A stretch of DNA of 39,911 bases, from assembly GCA_047617745.1 (NCBI GenBank), contig JBLGBN010000004.1, forward strand, positions 1 to 39,911. Reading direction: 5' to 3'. Shown one piece after another: positions 37,135 through 39,911 of the stretch; within the stretch, counting starts at the first letter, position 1, and every line of letters starts with the position of its first letter. The position numbers were made by a program, and so were the translations under genes. The notes under the pieces are model-generated. The model was not told the origin of the DNA and made no database searches. It was given only the letters and a program-made list of their open reading frames with translations. This DNA is from Candidatus Nanohaloarchaea archaeon. Its GTDB lineage: Archaea > Nanohalarchaeota > Nanosalinia > Nanosalinales > Nanosalinaceae.

Positions 37135-37688
37135 CTATCCTTTATATTCTGGCTCAAATCATTTCTTAAACCCGAGAAGAATTTTTCTAGATCGTTAGCA
37201 TCTGAGCGACCAACTGCAGTGTCAGAAAGAAGTTCGATTAATTCATCATCTAAAACAGGTATTACCGCCTTTTCAAGACCTAAAACAGATAGCTGGTAGT
37301 CTATAAGGAAAAGACAACCTGACAAATAAGCAGTTCTCTTGTTTCCCTCACCGAAAATCTGGCTGGAAGCAATAACCTCCATAATTTTGGATGCTAAAAA
37401 TACAACATCATTGTTATTCTGGCACTCATACCTCAACTGAGTGTGGATTAAATCACCTAGTATGTTCTCATTAATAGTCGCAAAGTAATCTTCTTCCCTG
37501 GAAATCTCTAATTCATTATCTTCACTTAAACTAATTGCTTCTACTAGTCTTCTGGCACTTTTTCCCCAGCTCTCGTACTCTTCTTCAACAGTTTCAGGCT
37601 CTGTTACCGCCTTATTAAGAAGTAAAACTGTCTCCAGATCAATTCCTTCCTCTACTTTATCGCAGTCGATAGTGAAGATTTCATCCAT
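37131..37688 (-). CDS. Fic/Doc family protein with variant motif QIFGEGNKRT
   Basis: FxxGNKRTA Doc-type motif; noticeably AT-richer than the flanking genes. Confidence 0.8.
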   Translation of the reverse strand: MDEIFTIDCDKVEEGIDLETVLLLNKAVTEPETVEEEYESWGKSARRLVEAISLSEDNELEISREEDYFATINENILGDLIHTQLRYECQNNNDVVFLASKIMEVIASSQIFGEGNKRTAYLSGCLFLIDYQLSVLGLEKAVIPVLDDELIELLSDTAVGRSDANDLEKFFSGLRNDLSQNIKDS

Positions 37689-37815
37689 GAATTAACAGTG
37701 GTTATTACCATGTAAAAGCTTGAACCCTTCACAAACTCTGTAACGCAAGATTTTTAAAAGCTCAGTTTCAAACACTGTGAGTCAGGGGAGGAGAACTCAA
37801 CAACATGGTCACAAT

Positions 37816-38343
37816 ATGTCACAAGCACAGCGCACAACCGGAAACATAACACCTGTTGAAAAACACGAAAAAGCTGAGGAGTACGAGCCTCTAGCCGACT
37901 GGCTGATGAAAAACGGCCGTGCACTCGGCTACACGGAGGTAGATTTGGAGATCAGCCGGGAAGAATACGACGAGCTGGCTCCCCTAGAAAAGTTTCAGGC
38001 ACTCACAGATTTCTACAACGAAAGAAGAGAGGCTGATAACCGCCGGGAAAGGTACTCTATAGACGAGATGCTGAACCATGTAGAGCTGATCCTGGAGAGT
38101 CCGGAGAGCATCGAATCATCGCAGAGGTATAAAGGTAGAAGGATCGAGACCACAGGTAGAGAAGATCTTGAAAAAGCCCTGGAGAATACTGAAGGCAGTG
38201 TTGAGTTAAAGGCTGAGGAACGTGCAACCCATAGAACCGGCGGACACCCGGATGAACCGGAACTGGAGAAAGTTGTCTGGGATGTATACACGGAACTGGA
38301 AGAAGAGGATATGGAGTATATAGGTGTCCGGGAACTGGAGTAA
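37816..38343 (+). CDS. Acidic hypothetical protein
   Basis: ORF-track 37777..38343; ATG 37816 preferred; genome-typical acidic composition. Confidence 0.65.
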   Translation: MSQAQRTTGNITPVEKHEKAEEYEPLADWLMKNGRALGYTEVDLEISREEYDELAPLEKFQALTDFYNERREADNRRERYSIDEMLNHVELILESPESIESSQRYKGRRIETTGREDLEKALENTEGSVELKAEERATHRTGGHPDEPELEKVVWDVYTELEEEDMEYIGVRELE

Positions 38344-38465
38344 AATCCAGATCATTTTTCATTTAGTTATTTTTACAGAAAACCTAGTCTATGAACATTC
38401 TGGACGGATTTTGTTCGAATCAGGTCGAACAATACCGGTTTCATAGATCGCGTTAGAAAGTTCAC

Positions 38466-38713
38466 AAAAGTTCTAAAATCCTTATTTGGGAGAATAAGGA
38501 GTTTTAAGGAGGCTTTAACGAGTTAAAAGTCTTCTAGAAGATTTTCTTAAACAAACGGTTTTTAACCTGCTAATTAGTTCAACAATCGATTAAAAACGCT
38601 TTAATCCAGAAAAAAGGGGTTTTAAACTATCCTAAACGCTAAAAGGCGATTGGAAAACGGTTAGAATCCGTTCATAAACGGTTAAACGGCGGTTTTAACC
38701 AAACCATTTAAAA
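38466..38713. repeat. Helically phased A/T-tract array with repeated AAACG(G/C)T motifs
   Basis: TTAA/AAAA tracts roughly every 10-11 nt; AAACG(G/C)T starting at 38553, 38594, 38634, 38655 and 38676. Confidence 0.6.
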
Positions 38714-38956
38714 GGGTAAATGATGAATGTAGGGATAAGGAACAGCGACAGTAGTAACGCTGGGATCCCAGACCCATTATTAACATTCCTACGTACGCGT
38801 GGGAAGTTAACTTTTTTCGGGAATCGGGATCCCGCGGAGGAATGAGCTCACTCCGTTACCCGAATCCGAGCTCAGTGAAGACCGGCTCTCGAGGGCTTCA
38901 CTCAAAACAGAAATTAGAAGAAATGGGAGACTCACCACACAGGTGAACACACAACT
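38707..38956 (+). promoter_or_regulatory. TATA box and long structured 5' leader (or sRNA) upstream of the S-layer gene
   Basis: TTTAAAA 38707-38713; several hairpins in 38743-38902; SD AGGTGA 38941-38946 within a TCACC/GGTGA stem. Confidence 0.6.
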
Positions 38957-39911
38957 ATGAGATCTATCAAAAAACTCAAAAGTACAGGAAAAGCTGTAGC
39001 AGGCTCTGCACTCCTTGTAGGAGCAACTCTTACAGGAGCGGCCGGTCTAGCTGCAGCACAGGATTCTGGATCCAGCATGGATCTAGGAGACTATCCACAG
39101 CCATTCATCAATGAAGATGGCGAAGTAGATTCTACCATCGTGGTAGGAGAACAGGCAAAGACAGCAGACGTTGTCGGAGCCATCAACGTTGCCGGATCAC
39201 TCGGTAACGCAGCATTTGAAGAAAACCCAATCTCCGTAGACATCTCAGGAGCAACAGCTTCCTGGACAGCATCAGACGGAGTAACACTGAACAGACAGAA
39301 CTCAAACCTGTTCCTAGAAGACAGCATCGCAGACCAGACAGACTCAGTAGATGACAGCGATCTGGAAGACGTTCTAGCTACATCAGAATTCCAGCTAGAA
39401 GACGGAACAACAGTCGAAACCGACTTCGAAGTAATGATCGGCGACGCAGATCAGGAGTTCTCAACAGATCCTGACGGACTGGAAGAACCTGCACTACACG
39501 TAGGAATCCCAGCAAGAAACGAAGTTGGACCTAACAGCTACGCACTTGCGTTCATGGCAGAAATGGACGAAGAAGTAGACTTCTCAGACACATCCGAAGA
39601 CGCAGAAGTTGAATCCAACACAGAGATCGAGCTGTTCGGCCAGACTTACACGGTCAACAGAGAAGATTCTGCAGACGACACACTGGCACTTTACGGTTCA
39701 AGCCAGACACTCTCCATGCAGGATGGAGAAACATCAACCTTCACAATTGACGGAGAAGAACACGAGATCGAACTCGTAGCTGTAAACAACCAAGGAGCAG
39801 CATTCAGAGTCGACGGCGGAAGCCTAAGACAGAGAGAAGACGGAGAATCCGTAACAGTTGACGGACAGGAAATCAGAGTTAGCGACGTAGTCAACCTACA
39901 GGACGACTCAG
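38957..39911 (+). CDS. S-layer protein (Methanococcales/Thermococcales-type N-terminal domain), 3'-truncated by the window edge
   Basis: Absent from the ORF track because no stop occurs in the window; reads MRSIKKLKSTGKAVAGSALLVGATLTGAAGLAAA...DLGDYPQPFINEDGEVDSTIVVGEQAKTADVVGAINVAGSLG; signal peptide, SD, ribosomal-protein-like codon usage (GAC/GAA/GCA/ACA). Confidence 0.88.
   Translation, partial: MRSIKKLKSTGKAVAGSALLVGATLTGAAGLAAAQDSGSSMDLGDYPQPFINEDGEVDSTIVVGEQAKTADVVGAINVAGSLGNAAFEENPISVDISGATASWTASDGVTLNRQNSNLFLEDSIADQTDSVDDSDLEDVLATSEFQLEDGTTVETDFEVMIGDADQEFSTDPDGLEEPALHVGIPARNEVGPNSYALAFMAEMDEEVDFSDTSEDAEVESNTEIELFGQTYTVNREDSADDTLALYGSSQTLSMQDGETSTFTIDGEEHEIELVAVNNQGAAFRVDGGSLRQREDGESVTVDGQEIRVSDVVNLQDDS

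Noticed and set aside
36928..38343. Mobile element or provirus boundary around the Fic gene
   Set aside because: No integrase, transposase, tRNA target, terminal inverted repeats or direct repeats were seen
38344..38713. Replication origin or CRISPR array in the long AT-rich intergenic region
   Set aside because: No ORB-like TCCA-GGAA boxes with G-strings and no adjacent cdc6/orc1; the repeats are only 7-8 nt and lack a repeat-spacer structure
38735..38930. RNase P or SRP RNA (GAGGAA and ACAGAA fragments are present)
   Set aside because: The P4-forming GAGGAAnnUCC and CGGCUUA context is absent, no SRP helix-8 motif is seen, and the element is short; an Rfam scan would settle it
162..39894. 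Many 60-210 aa ORFs antisense to or nested within the called genes (e.g. 162..572, 3720..4034, 16510..17142, 23676..24194, 26128..26724, 34579..35058, 39091..39327)
   Set aside because: Ser/Phe-rich shadows of Glu/Asp/Lys codons on the opposite strand, with no motifs and overlapping well-supported genes

Overview
An archaeal chromosomal window with a strongly acidic proteome and GGAGGTGA/AGGTGA Shine-Dalgarno (SD) sites. It most likely comes from a Nanohaloarchaeota (DPANN) organism; this is inferred from gene content and composition, not from a search. 1-16.2 kb is a compact alpha-glucan/glycogen and upper-glycolysis cluster: two GT4 enzymes plus a GT4 half-protein, a GH57 amylase, a GT3 glycogen synthase, a GH133 debranching enzyme, Pgi, TpiA, an ADP-dependent sugar kinase, PGM/PMM and an HxHxQ-type HIT protein. 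16.3-18.2 kb holds two MinD-like ATPases flanking a pilin-like gene. 18.3-35.2 kb is mostly housekeeping: leuS, slyD, ftsZ, secE-spt5-rpl11-rpl1-rplP0, three intervening genes, rpl12, two paralogous membrane genes and alaS. 35.2-38.3 kb holds hypothetical genes and a Fic/Doc variant with His replaced by Gln. 38.35-38.95 kb is non-coding: helically phased A/T tracts with repeated AAACG(G/C)T motifs, then a roughly 220-nt highly structured leader in front of an S-layer gene that the ORF track missed (38957 to window end). The best candidates for novelty are the S-layer upstream array and leader RNA, a three-way-junction leader before secE, a uL10 with a replaced C-terminus, the HxHxQ HIT protein coupled to PGM, and a probable CTG start for the ADP-dependent kinase. 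No CRISPR array, tRNA, rRNA or transposase was recognised.
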